From contig JAGXOC010000006.1 in the NCBI GenBank assembly GCA_019894665.1, positions 1 to 55,740 of the forward strand: a DNA stretch of 55,740 nt, read 5' to 3'. The stretch comes from Candidatus Thorarchaeota archaeon (GTDB lineage Archaea > Asgardarchaeota > Thorarchaeia > Thorarchaeales > Thorarchaeaceae). Made by a program: the position numbers and the translations under genes. Under the pieces are notes generated by a model. It saw only the letters and a program-made list of their open reading frames with translations. It did not search any database and had not been told where the DNA came from. Shown here piece by piece: positions 27,340 through 36,340 of this stretch. How positions within the stretch are numbered: the stretch's first letter is position 1; every line of letters starts with the position of its first letter.

Positions 27340-28413
27340 TTATTGTCGTCCCATTATTCTATGAAGTCTATCGCTGCTCTTTTTGGCTCTGAGAAGACGA
27401 GTCAATCGGTCCTCAGCAGAACCGGTCAGAAGGAAAGGATGTCGACTCAGAAACTCACGATCTTTCACAGACAGGGGCAATCCTTCATTTAGGACCTCTA
27501 TCACACGTTGAGTTTCGGCATAGTCATCACCCACTGCCATCATGTAAAGTTGGTCCAGAAAGTTGTCTGGATATTCCTCACTCAATTTGCTTAATTCTGG
27601 CTGTCGAGTGCCCCTAGTTTTTCTGATTAATGATTCGAGGAACCTTGAGTCTCCGAAAGCTGCTACTCTGCTTTGCTCAATGAGTTCCTCAACCTTTTCT
27701 CTTGGCATCTCCCCACCTTCACCTGTCTCTTGCATGTAAAGGCTTAATGCAAGGTGGTTCACATCTGAGAAGCCCCACCCATCGGTGAGTTCTGCAATAA
27801 CCGACACATCAAAGTCTTCTCGGTCCTTCAAGACTTGTTCAAGAACACGGATTCTGTCATCGATAGATGTGCCTTCCACGATGTACGTTCTATCAAACAG
27901 TGCTAGTAGCTCTCTATCTACCAGTTCCGGTCTAGTTGTGGCTGCAATGGTGATCACTTCTTCCTTGCTCCAATCTGTGCTTGTGATCTCATCTTGAAGT
28001 ACAACTGATTGAACTGAGTCTCTAGGTGCAAGAAACTCAAGTTTCTCGATGTAGAGCAATGCTGGTGAATTTCTTCGAGCGAACTCAAACCCCTCTCTTA
28101 GTGCATCATTACTCCTTTTGTTCTCGTCAAGAACTCCTTCCATCTTGAAACGAATGATTTTGATTGGGATTTCCCGTGCAAGAAAATGTGGAAATGCACC
28201 AAAGTCACTACCAGGTGGTCCAACGAGAAGGACTCTTCCCCCAAATTCCATCCCTCTCTCGACCATCTTTGCCTTTAGGACATCGTACCGTCTGAGCAAA
28301 TGGAGATACTCCATGGCAAAATTCACCAATGAGTATTGACTCACACGTTCTACTGGTACTTGTTCGGGAGTGGTAAGGGTGACGGTTTCAATGAATTCTT
28401 TTTCTTCGCCCAA
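27340..28413 (-). CDS. AAA+ fold protein with degenerate Walker A and Walker B (predicted pseudo-ATPase)
   Basis: The classic AAA layout is conserved (GRVLLVGPPG..., ..VITIAATTRPELVDRELLALFDR.., ..LTDGWGFSDV..). However, the P-loop reads GPPGSDFGA (no GKT; nt 28195-28221) and Walker B reads LLYIEKLE (no DE; nt 28036-28059). Its TAA stop directly abuts the SMC ATG. Confidence 0.7.
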   Translation of the reverse strand: MGEEKEFIETVTLTTPEQVPVERVSQYSLVNFAMEYLHLLRRYDVLKAKMVERGMEFGGRVLLVGPPGSDFGAFPHFLAREIPIKIIRFKMEGVLDENKRSNDALREGFEFARRNSPALLYIEKLEFLAPRDSVQSVVLQDEITSTDWSKEEVITIAATTRPELVDRELLALFDRTYIVEGTSIDDRIRVLEQVLKDREDFDVSVIAELTDGWGFSDVNHLALSLYMQETGEGGEMPREKVEELIEQSRVAAFGDSRFLESLIRKTRGTRQPELSKLSEEYPDNFLDQLYMMAVGDDYAETQRVIEVLNEGLPLSVKDREFLSRHPFLLTGSAEDRLTRLLRAKKSSDRLHRIMGRQ

Positions 28414-28486
28414 CTTTCAACCCCACTGACTGCTGGCTTCTCGGTCGTTCGTCTGAAGGCATATTACGTCTTCGGACGGGGTATAA

Positions 28487-28499
28487 TTTCGCGCCGTTC
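28487..28499 (-). promoter_or_regulatory. Shared GC-rich 13-mer, copy 1, adjacent to a TATA-like box upstream of the AAA-like/SMC operon
   Basis: The minus strand reads GAACGGCGCGAAA followed by TTATAC, ~75 nt upstream of the ATG at 28413. The 13-mer is identical to 29625-29637. Confidence 0.35.
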
Positions 28500-28549
28500 G
28501 ATACTGACCTGATGGGGTCATCATATCATTGGGCAACTGGGATTGTGCA

Positions 28550-29518
28550 TCATGAACTCCCTTGTTCATTCTCTCCATGACTAGATTTTAGTCTAGAGGA
28601 TAGTATCCAAACTGGCACACCAATCAATAACCAGATAATGGCATCTCCAATTGTAGCTAGGATGTAGTTAGCACCACCGGGATCCAACCAGATGTGTCCT
28701 AATGTCATCATTTTGACTAGGGGAAAAATCAGTAGAAATCCAAATAATCTCTGGAGCGATATTGCGTCCACTCTGGTTGCATATCTTGGACCTATGACCC
28801 CCCCCACTATCATTCCCAATCCCATTGCCAGTCCATAATATAGGACCGTGGTCATGCTTTCAGTTTGTGCCAGAACTAGGTAATTCATCACTGAACCTGC
28901 TGAGGAGGTGAATATCATAGTGAACATCGATGTCGCAGCTGCCATTATCATCGGAAATTCTAGTATGATACATAGCACTGGAACAATGATAGTCCCCCCA
29001 CCTAATCCGAGCAGACCTGCTGAAATACCGGCCACGAATGTCGCCGAGATGGATAGAACCATTTTTCTCCTGCTCAGTTGTGAAAAACTCAAGCACCTCA
29101 TTTGGCTAATGGATTGTTCTTTGTTATCTCGCTGAGACAATAGTAGTTTCAATGCAACCGGGAATAGAGCTACGCCAAACACAAGTTGTAAGATATGCGC
29201 ATGTGCCACAATGGTTCTTAGAACAACCCCCACATAGGATCCTGGTACAGTGGCAATGACTAAAATTCCACCAATTCGGAAATTGATTGGTCGCGGAGTT
29301 TGTCGATAATATACGATTGTACAAACAACTGAAATGAAAAGTGCTGAAAGCAGAGATGCCGCAGATGCCAGCTCAGCACTTAGTGCGAAAATTATGATCA
29401 GAATTGGAGTCTTGAATGCTCCACCACTTATCCCCGTCATTGATGCGATGATTCCCATTCCAACTGAGATTAGAACAATAAAAGTGAATTCAACTATCAG
29501 CTGCTGCACAGGAATCAC
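28550..29518 (-). CDS. TauE/SafE (DUF81) family anion permease
   Basis: Two internal halves each carry the family motif (MTGISGGAFKTPILII and LGLGGGTIIVPVLCII); ~8 TM helices. Confidence 0.8.
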   Translation of the reverse strand: MIPVQQLIVEFTFIVLISVGMGIIASMTGISGGAFKTPILIIIFALSAELASAASLLSALFISVVCTIVYYRQTPRPINFRIGGILVIATVPGSYVGVVLRTIVAHAHILQLVFGVALFPVALKLLLSQRDNKEQSISQMRCLSFSQLSRRKMVLSISATFVAGISAGLLGLGGGTIIVPVLCIILEFPMIMAAATSMFTMIFTSSAGSVMNYLVLAQTESMTTVLYYGLAMGLGMIVGGVIGPRYATRVDAISLQRLFGFLLIFPLVKMMTLGHIWLDPGGANYILATIGDAIIWLLIGVPVWILSSRLKSSHGENEQGSS

Positions 29519-29624
29519 CCCTAGTACAATTATCCTCTATCTGCCCGCATCAAATACCTCCCCTAGCCGCGCTGAAGCTCCTTTTGTACCTTGTTAATAG
29601 TTGGTTTGAGTCTACTGTGATTAC

Positions 29625-29637
29625 TTTCGCGCCGTTC
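29625..29637 (-). promoter_or_regulatory. Shared GC-rich 13-mer, copy 2, in the TauE / MoxR-like divergent intergenic region
   Basis: The minus strand reads GAACGGCGCGAAA followed by GTAATC, ~107 nt upstream of the TauE ATG (29518) and 46 nt upstream of the MoxR-like start. Confidence 0.3.
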
Positions 29638-29682
29638 TGTGCTATGTTCATAACGGTTAAGACAGACAATTTATCGTGGTAG

Positions 29683-31401
29683 GTGGTTCCAATGAGTGCG
29701 AGTGAGAAACTTCGAGAGCAAGTATTGAATGTCATATCTACGGTTGAGAGTAGGGGTCTCTTCGTACACTCCTCAGACCTTGAAATCAAATACAACGCAT
29801 CAGGATCAAGTAAGAAATCTGTAAAGACAACCAGATTGCCCTTGATTGTAGGTTCCTGTGTGCTGAATGCCCTTGTTCCCCGGTCTGCTATGCTCCTAGT
29901 GGGTGGCCATGGCGGTGGAAAGACAACACTTGTGAAACTGCTAGGTAGAATGATGACGGGAAGGTCTCTCGATGATGTTGAGGATGGCATACTACGCGCG
30001 CACCCCCAGATTACAGAAGAAAAAATGGTCGCCACACTAAAGCCAGGACCCCTAATGAAAGAGGGAGTTGAGGTAGTTGTCTGGCGCCGCTTTATCACTG
30101 ACTTCTGGAAGATAATCGATGAGGTAAACAGACTCACACCACATGCTCAAAATATTCTGCTATCTCTCTTAGCAGAGGGAGAGGTGAAGTACTACGATGA
30201 GATCAAGCGGTGTGAGGAATACTGTCTTTATGCAACTCTGAACCCTGCGGATGCAGGGACATTCGAAATAGGTCCTCCTTTTCTAGATAGATTTGGAATG
30301 GCAGTTCCCATAACAATGCCAACTGTGAATGACTTGGAACTTATTCTTGCAGCTCGTGATGAGCGACTCTTTGGATATGACGAGCTCTGGCAAGTTCCCG
30401 CAATGCTCACGGAAGAGAATCTGCTAACAATTTGGAACCTGGCTGACAAGGTGCATGTATCGACTGACGCATCCGAGTTCATGCGATCAGTTGTGAGAGA
30501 GTTCGGAGCGTGTATCCGTGCTGACAAGAGCCAGTCCTCAGGTTTCACAGTTGAGACCGGCCTCTGCGATGGGTGCCACTTTAGCACTACGAAGAGTGTC
30601 TGCAATAAGGTGATCATTCCCTTGAGTGTACGAGCTGCTAAAGATCTCAATAGATACTCAAAGGCCGCTGCATGGCTAGTGGGCGCGCAGGAGGTGACGG
30701 TAGAGATTGTCAAGTCTCTGGCTCCTCTTGTCTTCTGGCATCGCACTCGACTTGTGAGGGATGAACTTGAACGGTCTCCCTATTACGGTGATGTCTATGC
30801 CTATACCAAGCATCTCGTGGAACTAGCTGCATCTAGATTTGCTCAGAGAGCCCCTGCGATCGCTATTATGGACAAGCTGAAGCAGGGTCAAGAAACAAAG
30901 GATGCAATGGAAGAACTCAAGGAAATGGCAAAGAGTGATCTACTAGTTCGTCTTGATTATACTGCTTTTGCGAAAGAGTTGAGAAAGTCTGGATACACAA
31001 AGACCGTGAAGGATATCGATAAGGGGATTAAAGGTCGTGATGTTGAACAACTGACTAGGATACACGATGGCTTACTTGCGGATACAGAGTTTCCAAACAG
31101 GAGCATGCTTCTGAAACAGGTATCAGATGCCCTTCATAGACTCACCCTGACACAATTTGCCATAACCTTTGAACAGTGGCAAGACCTCTGGACGACGATT
31201 AGTCTGCAATTTCCAAAACTGACAAGCGTGCTGAAAGAAACCCTCACTCCTCCCAAGAGAAAGATTGTGAGAACTGATGGGCTTACTGTCGTCATCTATA
31301 CAACTGGTGACTCTCCAGAGTCAGCTGTGTTTCTTGAGATATCCGGTGGAACTGACGCTCTGAATCTGAAGAAAGAGATTGAGAACCAGATAGGAGTGTA
31401 A
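29683..31401 (+). CDS. MoxR-like AAA+ ATPase with a long C-terminal extension
   Basis: Walker A LLVGGHGGGKTTL, Walker B WKIIDEVNRLTPHAQNILLSLLAEGEV, sensor region CLYATLNP...PFLDRFGM. About 250 extra C-terminal residues. The ATG at 29692 (after the SD AGGTGG) is the likely start. Confidence 0.75.
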   Translation: MVPMSASEKLREQVLNVISTVESRGLFVHSSDLEIKYNASGSSKKSVKTTRLPLIVGSCVLNALVPRSAMLLVGGHGGGKTTLVKLLGRMMTGRSLDDVEDGILRAHPQITEEKMVATLKPGPLMKEGVEVVVWRRFITDFWKIIDEVNRLTPHAQNILLSLLAEGEVKYYDEIKRCEEYCLYATLNPADAGTFEIGPPFLDRFGMAVPITMPTVNDLELILAARDERLFGYDELWQVPAMLTEENLLTIWNLADKVHVSTDASEFMRSVVREFGACIRADKSQSSGFTVETGLCDGCHFSTTKSVCNKVIIPLSVRAAKDLNRYSKAAAWLVGAQEVTVEIVKSLAPLVFWHRTRLVRDELERSPYYGDVYAYTKHLVELAASRFAQRAPAIAIMDKLKQGQETKDAMEELKEMAKSDLLVRLDYTAFAKELRKSGYTKTVKDIDKGIKGRDVEQLTRIHDGLLADTEFPNRSMLLKQVSDALHRLTLTQFAITFEQWQDLWTTISLQFPKLTSVLKETLTPPKRKIVRTDGLTVVIYTTGDSPESAVFLEISGGTDALNLKKEIENQIGV

Positions 31402-31407
31402 TCTTCA

Positions 31408-33129
31408 TTGTCGAGAGCTTCTGCAGATGCCCCTCACAAACACGGGCTCATGGAAGTAGCTCGACGTGCTTGGGAGCAGGCTCTCATTGACTTCTATCAT
31501 CCGCCTCTTCCAGAACCAGAGATCGAGAATGAGTTCGAATCTGCGAGTTTCTTCTACATTGACTCCGAGAGCTGGACAGTCCATCTCAATACAGCAGGGG
31601 TTCCTCTTCATATGGATGCAAACGAAGCCGAGCCATATCTGAGGTCTGTCTGCCATCATGAGATTCAGCATTATCTTCTATGTCCCTACGACGGAGTGAC
31701 TAATGGGCTGATGTTTGCTGCAGCCAGGAGGAAGGTCAATGATGCTACGGCAATGTTCGTATGCAACTTGTTTGCGGACCTTGTGGTTGACTCTAAACTT
31801 CTCAAACAGTTTCCATCTTTGACGCATAGTCGCATCAATGCATCGATCCATGAATCTGCGATGAGGGTCAGGGAACATAGCCCTCTTTGGATCTTGATTG
31901 TAGCAAGCTACCGTGCAATGTGGGGTTTTCCCATACCTGCTCTAGCTAGTGTTGATCAACCCACCTCAGAGGCGGCCACAGCAATTGCTAATGTTGCTCG
32001 AAAATCAATTGATACTGAAAAACTGTGGCCAAAAGCCTGCGAGAAGATTGCGGAGATCATTACGGTTTGGATGCCGGAGGATGATGATGAGCAATTGCCT
32101 GGATGTGGCACAGTAGGGTCAGGGACTGAAGGAGATATCACGACCATTATGGTGCCATTAGATGTCGATACCATGATGGGTAGTCCAATTGAAGTAAGAA
32201 ATGGAGACCTAGCGCGAAAGTGTTTACAAAACGACTCGCCCTCTGACATGGAGGCTGAGATGGAAGAATTAGCTGTAGAGGTTGAACAGCGTGGCGGAAA
32301 TCTAGCGGACCTGGATGGAGTGTATCTCACCGCCGGTTATGGAAACCCTCGGGAGTCTTGGATACGATTCTGGTATCGTGCAAAAGCGAGAGGATTGCTA
32401 CGATTCGATGTTGACGAGCGGAAATTCTCTGGTCTTGCTCCTCTTACACCTCAGGTCTGGAGACTGGGTGATCCCATAGAAGAGTTGGACATCGTGCAGT
32501 CACTTCAAGCCTTTCCAGTTCTCATTCCTAACCTGTCCACACGTAAATGGTTGAAAGTGACCTCAGAGGGGTTGGAACAATCAAAATCTCTTCCTGACAT
32601 GCTCCTTGTGATTGACTCTAGTGGTTCAATGACATGGGGTGTGACCTCCAAGACTATCCGGGGTCCCTATCATACCGCACTAGTGGCAGCTTTTGCAGCT
32701 ATGGACGTGGCGTTGCGAAGGGGTTCCAGAGTAGCCACAATCAATTTCTCAAGTGGTAGTTTATCGAGCAAATGGTCAACCGCCAAAACCGAGGTGGAAC
32801 GTGTCCTCCTTGCCTACCAGGGTGGAGGCACAGTTGCTCCTGTGAAGAAGATTACCGTGGTTTGTGAAGCCGCCGAGTCAAAGGTCATGGTGCTTATGAT
32901 GACCGATGCTGAGATCGCTAACTGGGACAAGTTTGTTGAGTCTGTTCGTAATCTATCTATTCGCGGCCACAAGCTGTACTTGTTTCACATCAGTGGAAGT
33001 AGTGGGAAGAATAAGAGTAAGACACAGCATGCCCTTGAAGATGTTGGAGCAGTTGTGTATCCAATCAAGTCTGTAAAGGATTTGCCCGGTCTTGTGGTTA
33101 GAGAAGTTCGCAATGTGTATGGTTCATAA
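31408..33129 (+). CDS. HExxH metallopeptidase-like domain plus VWA domain protein (DUF2201/COG3864-like)
   Basis: HHEIQH (HExxH at nt 31657-31671) in the N-terminal domain. VWA MIDAS motif LLVIDSSGSMTW with later ..VLMMTDAE.. in the C-terminal domain. Located 6 nt downstream of the MoxR-like gene. Confidence 0.75.
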   Translation: MSRASADAPHKHGLMEVARRAWEQALIDFYHPPLPEPEIENEFESASFFYIDSESWTVHLNTAGVPLHMDANEAEPYLRSVCHHEIQHYLLCPYDGVTNGLMFAAARRKVNDATAMFVCNLFADLVVDSKLLKQFPSLTHSRINASIHESAMRVREHSPLWILIVASYRAMWGFPIPALASVDQPTSEAATAIANVARKSIDTEKLWPKACEKIAEIITVWMPEDDDEQLPGCGTVGSGTEGDITTIMVPLDVDTMMGSPIEVRNGDLARKCLQNDSPSDMEAEMEELAVEVEQRGGNLADLDGVYLTAGYGNPRESWIRFWYRAKARGLLRFDVDERKFSGLAPLTPQVWRLGDPIEELDIVQSLQAFPVLIPNLSTRKWLKVTSEGLEQSKSLPDMLLVIDSSGSMTWGVTSKTIRGPYHTALVAAFAAMDVALRRGSRVATINFSSGSLSSKWSTAKTEVERVLLAYQGGGTVAPVKKITVVCEAAESKVMVLMMTDAEIANWDKFVESVRNLSIRGHKLYLFHISGSSGKNKSKTQHALEDVGAVVYPIKSVKDLPGLVVREVRNVYGS

Positions 33130-33234
33130 TTTTGTAATTCAACACGCAATACCCAACCCAAACGCTTATCTCTGTCATCCAATCGCATCGCAGGTCAGTC
33201 GGAGTATACCGAGTCCTCTCGAGGCAGTGATTCC

Positions 33235-34077
33235 ATGTATGAGATCCTCTTCAAAAAGGTTCTGAATCCAGTCACGAAGATGATGGTGGTTGATGCACCC
33301 GACATTGCTAAGGTGTGCAAGCCCGGTCAGTTCGTGATGATACGAGTCGATGAGACCGGAGAACGTTTTCCACTTACTATTGCTGATTTTGATCGTGAGA
33401 AGGGAACAATTACTATTGTCTTTCAAGAGGTTGGAAAATCTACTCTCCTCCTTGGAAGCCTAAACAAAGGCGATAAGATTCTCGATTTTGTCGGCCCTCT
33501 TGGTAAACCTTCCCCAACTGAGAAAAAGTACGGTACTGTTGTTGCGATAGGTGGTGGGTGTGGAAGCGCGATTGTGTTTCCTGTAGCCAGAGCCTTCAAG
33601 GAGGCGGGTAACCATCTCATCACTATCAATGGCGCAAAGAGTATGGACCTACTTCTCTATCGTGATGAAATGAACAGGATCAGTGATGAGACCTTTGAAA
33701 CAACTGATGATGGTACCTGTGGTACACATGGGTTTGTGACGAATGTTTTGGCTGACCTGATCGCAGAAGGTCGCCAGATTGACCTTGTTTTTGCAGTGGG
33801 TCCAGTTCCCATGATGAAGTTCGTAGCGAAGACCACTGAAGCAAAGAAGATACACACGTTAGTGAGTCTCAACAGCATAATGGTTGATGGCACTGGAATG
33901 TGTGGTGCTTGTCGGGTCAATGTTGGCGGACAGATGAAATTCGCTTGTGTAGATGGACCAGAATTTAATGGTCATGAGGTCGACTTCGATGAGCTCATGG
34001 GACGTTTGCATGCGTATAGGGAGCAAGAGGCTGTTTCTGAAAAACTGTGGGCTGAAGAACATGGAGGTGCTGAGTGA
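33235..34077 (+). CDS. Ferredoxin-NADP+ reductase-like FAD/[2Fe-2S] subunit (NfnA/SudB/PyrK-like)
   Basis: ..PGQFVMIRVDETGERFPLTIAD.., ..VVAIGGGCGSA.., and the C-terminal Cys cluster MVDGTGMCGACRV....FACVDGPEF. Confidence 0.75.
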   Translation: MYEILFKKVLNPVTKMMVVDAPDIAKVCKPGQFVMIRVDETGERFPLTIADFDREKGTITIVFQEVGKSTLLLGSLNKGDKILDFVGPLGKPSPTEKKYGTVVAIGGGCGSAIVFPVARAFKEAGNHLITINGAKSMDLLLYRDEMNRISDETFETTDDGTCGTHGFVTNVLADLIAEGRQIDLVFAVGPVPMMKFVAKTTEAKKIHTLVSLNSIMVDGTGMCGACRVNVGGQMKFACVDGPEFNGHEVDFDELMGRLHAYREQEAVSEKLWAEEHGGAE

Positions 34078-35510
34078 TGGCAGAGAAAGACGGACAAGCC
34101 CCCACTAAGAAGCGTGAGAGACCACCTCCGACGAAAAAGGTACCCATGCCTGAGCAGGATCCACTTGTGAGAGCCAAGAATTTCCAAGAAGTTGCTCTTG
34201 GCTACACCGCTGAACAAGCGGTAGAAGAGGCCGAGAAGTGTCTACAGTGTCGCAATCCGAAGTGTATCAGCGGTTGTCCAGTAGAAGTTTCAATCAAGGA
34301 GTTTGTTGAACTCGTCAGAGAGAAGAAATTCATGGAGGCTGCTCTAAAAATCAAGGAGACCAACAGTCTTCCAGCTGTCTGTGGTCGTGTCTGTCCTCAG
34401 GAAACTCAGTGCGAAGCACCCTGCATCTATGGTATCCGAAACGAGGCCATTGCAATTGGTCGTCTTGAAAGATTTGTTTCAGACTATGCAAGAGCACACG
34501 GTGAACCACTACCAAAGCTTCCCAAGAAAAATGGAAAGAAGATTGCTGTTATTGGCTCTGGTCCTGCGGGTTTGACCTGTGCAGGTGACCTTGTGAAGAT
34601 CGGTTATGATGTCACTATCTTTGAGGCATTCCACAAACCTGGTGGTGTGCTCATCTATGGCATCCCTGAGTTCAGATTGCCAAAGGACATAGTCATGGCT
34701 GAGGTAGAGTATCTCGAGAAACTTGGTGTGGAAATAAAGTACAACTATGTGGTTGGAAAAATCAGAACCGTTCTTGACTTAATGAATGAAGATGATTATG
34801 ATGCAGTTTTTCTTGGTACAGGTGCTGGTGCTCCGAACTTCATGAGAATTCCAGGAATGAACCTTGTCACTGTGTTCTCAGCAAACGAGTTCCTGACGAG
34901 AGTTAACCTGATGAAGGCTTACGAATTTCCCAAGTATGACACTCCTGTTCGAATTGGAAACCGGGTAGCAGTCATTGGTGGCGGTAACGTTGCTATGGAT
35001 GCAGCAAGAACATCTCTCAGACTTGGAGCTGCAGAGGTCAATATTGTCTATAGACGATCTCGAGATGAACTCCCAGCTCGTCTGGAAGAGGTACACCATG
35101 CTGAAGAGGAAGGAGTCAATTTCCGTCTTCTCACAAATCCCACAGAGGTTATTGGGAATGAGAGGGGTGAAGTTATAGGAATGCAGTGTATCAGGATGGA
35201 GCTCGGTGAGCCAGACGACTCGGGAAGGAGACGCCCTGTTCCTATTGAAGGGTCCGAGTTCATAATCGATGTTGACACCGTGATTGTCGCTATCGGGAAC
35301 TCGCCCAATCCGATTATTCCACAGACAACTCCCGGTCTTGAGGTTTCTCGATGGGGTACCATTGTCATTGACGAAGAATCTGGAATGTCCTCCCTTCCAG
35401 GTGTCTTCGCTGGAGGCGACATTGTCACAGGTGCTGCAACAGTCATCAGTGCAATGGGTGCTGGAAAGCGAGCTGCTCGAGGAATTCACAAGTATCTGGG
35501 TGGTGAATAG
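34074..35510 (+). CDS. NADPH-dependent oxidoreductase, GltD/NfnB/SudA-like subunit
   Basis: Overlaps the upstream stop by 4 nt. Two Fe-S motifs (CLQCRNPKCISGCPV; CGRVCPQETQCEAPC), FAD site KIAVIGSGPAGLTCAG and NAD(P) site RVAVIGGGNVAMDAAR. Confidence 0.85.
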   Translation: MMAEKDGQAPTKKRERPPPTKKVPMPEQDPLVRAKNFQEVALGYTAEQAVEEAEKCLQCRNPKCISGCPVEVSIKEFVELVREKKFMEAALKIKETNSLPAVCGRVCPQETQCEAPCIYGIRNEAIAIGRLERFVSDYARAHGEPLPKLPKKNGKKIAVIGSGPAGLTCAGDLVKIGYDVTIFEAFHKPGGVLIYGIPEFRLPKDIVMAEVEYLEKLGVEIKYNYVVGKIRTVLDLMNEDDYDAVFLGTGAGAPNFMRIPGMNLVTVFSANEFLTRVNLMKAYEFPKYDTPVRIGNRVAVIGGGNVAMDAARTSLRLGAAEVNIVYRRSRDELPARLEEVHHAEEEGVNFRLLTNPTEVIGNERGEVIGMQCIRMELGEPDDSGRRRPVPIEGSEFIIDVDTVIVAIGNSPNPIIPQTTPGLEVSRWGTIVIDEESGMSSLPGVFAGGDIVTGAATVISAMGAGKRAARGIHKYLGGE

Positions 35511-35546
35511 AACTTCTCTGGAGCTCTTAATGAGCTCCTTAGAACT

Positions 35547-36227
35547 TTATTTTTCTACTACGATCTCACAGAACACACTGGATTGGTCTACCTCTACAAT
35601 TTCAGCTTTGAGAGATAAAGAAGAAGCCAGTTTCCTGAAATCTTCTTCTCGAAATGTTGTAGCTCTGAATCCATCCTTGCATACAATGATTCCATTACCT
35701 GTTTCTTCCCAATCGATTTCTCCCAGAAGTCCCATCTCTGATTGTATTTTGAACCATTCAAGTCTGTGGTTCCAAAAGAAGTCTGAGTAACTTGAGAATA
35801 GGCAGGACCCTCCATTTCTGGTCACTCGGATAGATTCCATTACAAGCTCCTTTGGTTCAACTTTGAATGCAGAAATTCCGTTCTGAATGCAGATGGTCTT
35901 GTCGAAGCTATTGTCATGAAATCCAAGAGTCCGGGCGTCCATCTGAGACAAATGACACTTAGACATTTTTCGAAATGAGTCATTGGCTAACTCAAGACTA
36001 TCCTTTGAAGTATCAATGCCAACTAGTGTGTGAGATGATTGCAGAAGGTGTTTGAGAAAACGACCATAACCACATCCCAGTTCAAGCACTTTGTCAGTTG
36101 GGCCAATGCGTGTCAGGACATGCTCTATTTCCACTTCTAGGTATTTAATCACCCGTGGAGGAGCAACATCATAGCATTGTTTGAGTCTGTTTGATGAGAG
36201 CTTTGATGTGTAATAGTCATCCGTCAA
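35547..36227 (-). CDS. Class I SAM-dependent methyltransferase
   Basis: Motif I VLELGCGYGRF, with later ..FDKTICIQNG.. and ..RVTRNGG.. matching the Rossmann methyltransferase layout. Confidence 0.75.
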   Translation of the reverse strand: MTDDYYTSKLSSNRLKQCYDVAPPRVIKYLEVEIEHVLTRIGPTDKVLELGCGYGRFLKHLLQSSHTLVGIDTSKDSLELANDSFRKMSKCHLSQMDARTLGFHDNSFDKTICIQNGISAFKVEPKELVMESIRVTRNGGSCLFSSYSDFFWNHRLEWFKIQSEMGLLGEIDWEETGNGIIVCKDGFRATTFREEDFRKLASSLSLKAEIVEVDQSSVFCEIVVEK

Positions 36228-36340
36228 TCAAGTTCTTTTCTTTGAGCTAATCCAAAACTGATGAGTTTTACGGCATGAGAATGTATTGATATAGGGAGGC
36301 ATCCACAAGAAACCTAGTCCCAATTTGAGCGTGAAAGGAT

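Noticed and set aside
29550-30746. Minus-strand ORFs 29550..30137 (195 aa) and 30228..30746 (172 aa) antisense to the MoxR-like gene.
   Set aside because: They have Ser/Thr/Arg-rich composition and no motifs. The + strand frame has clear Walker A/B and sensor motifs.
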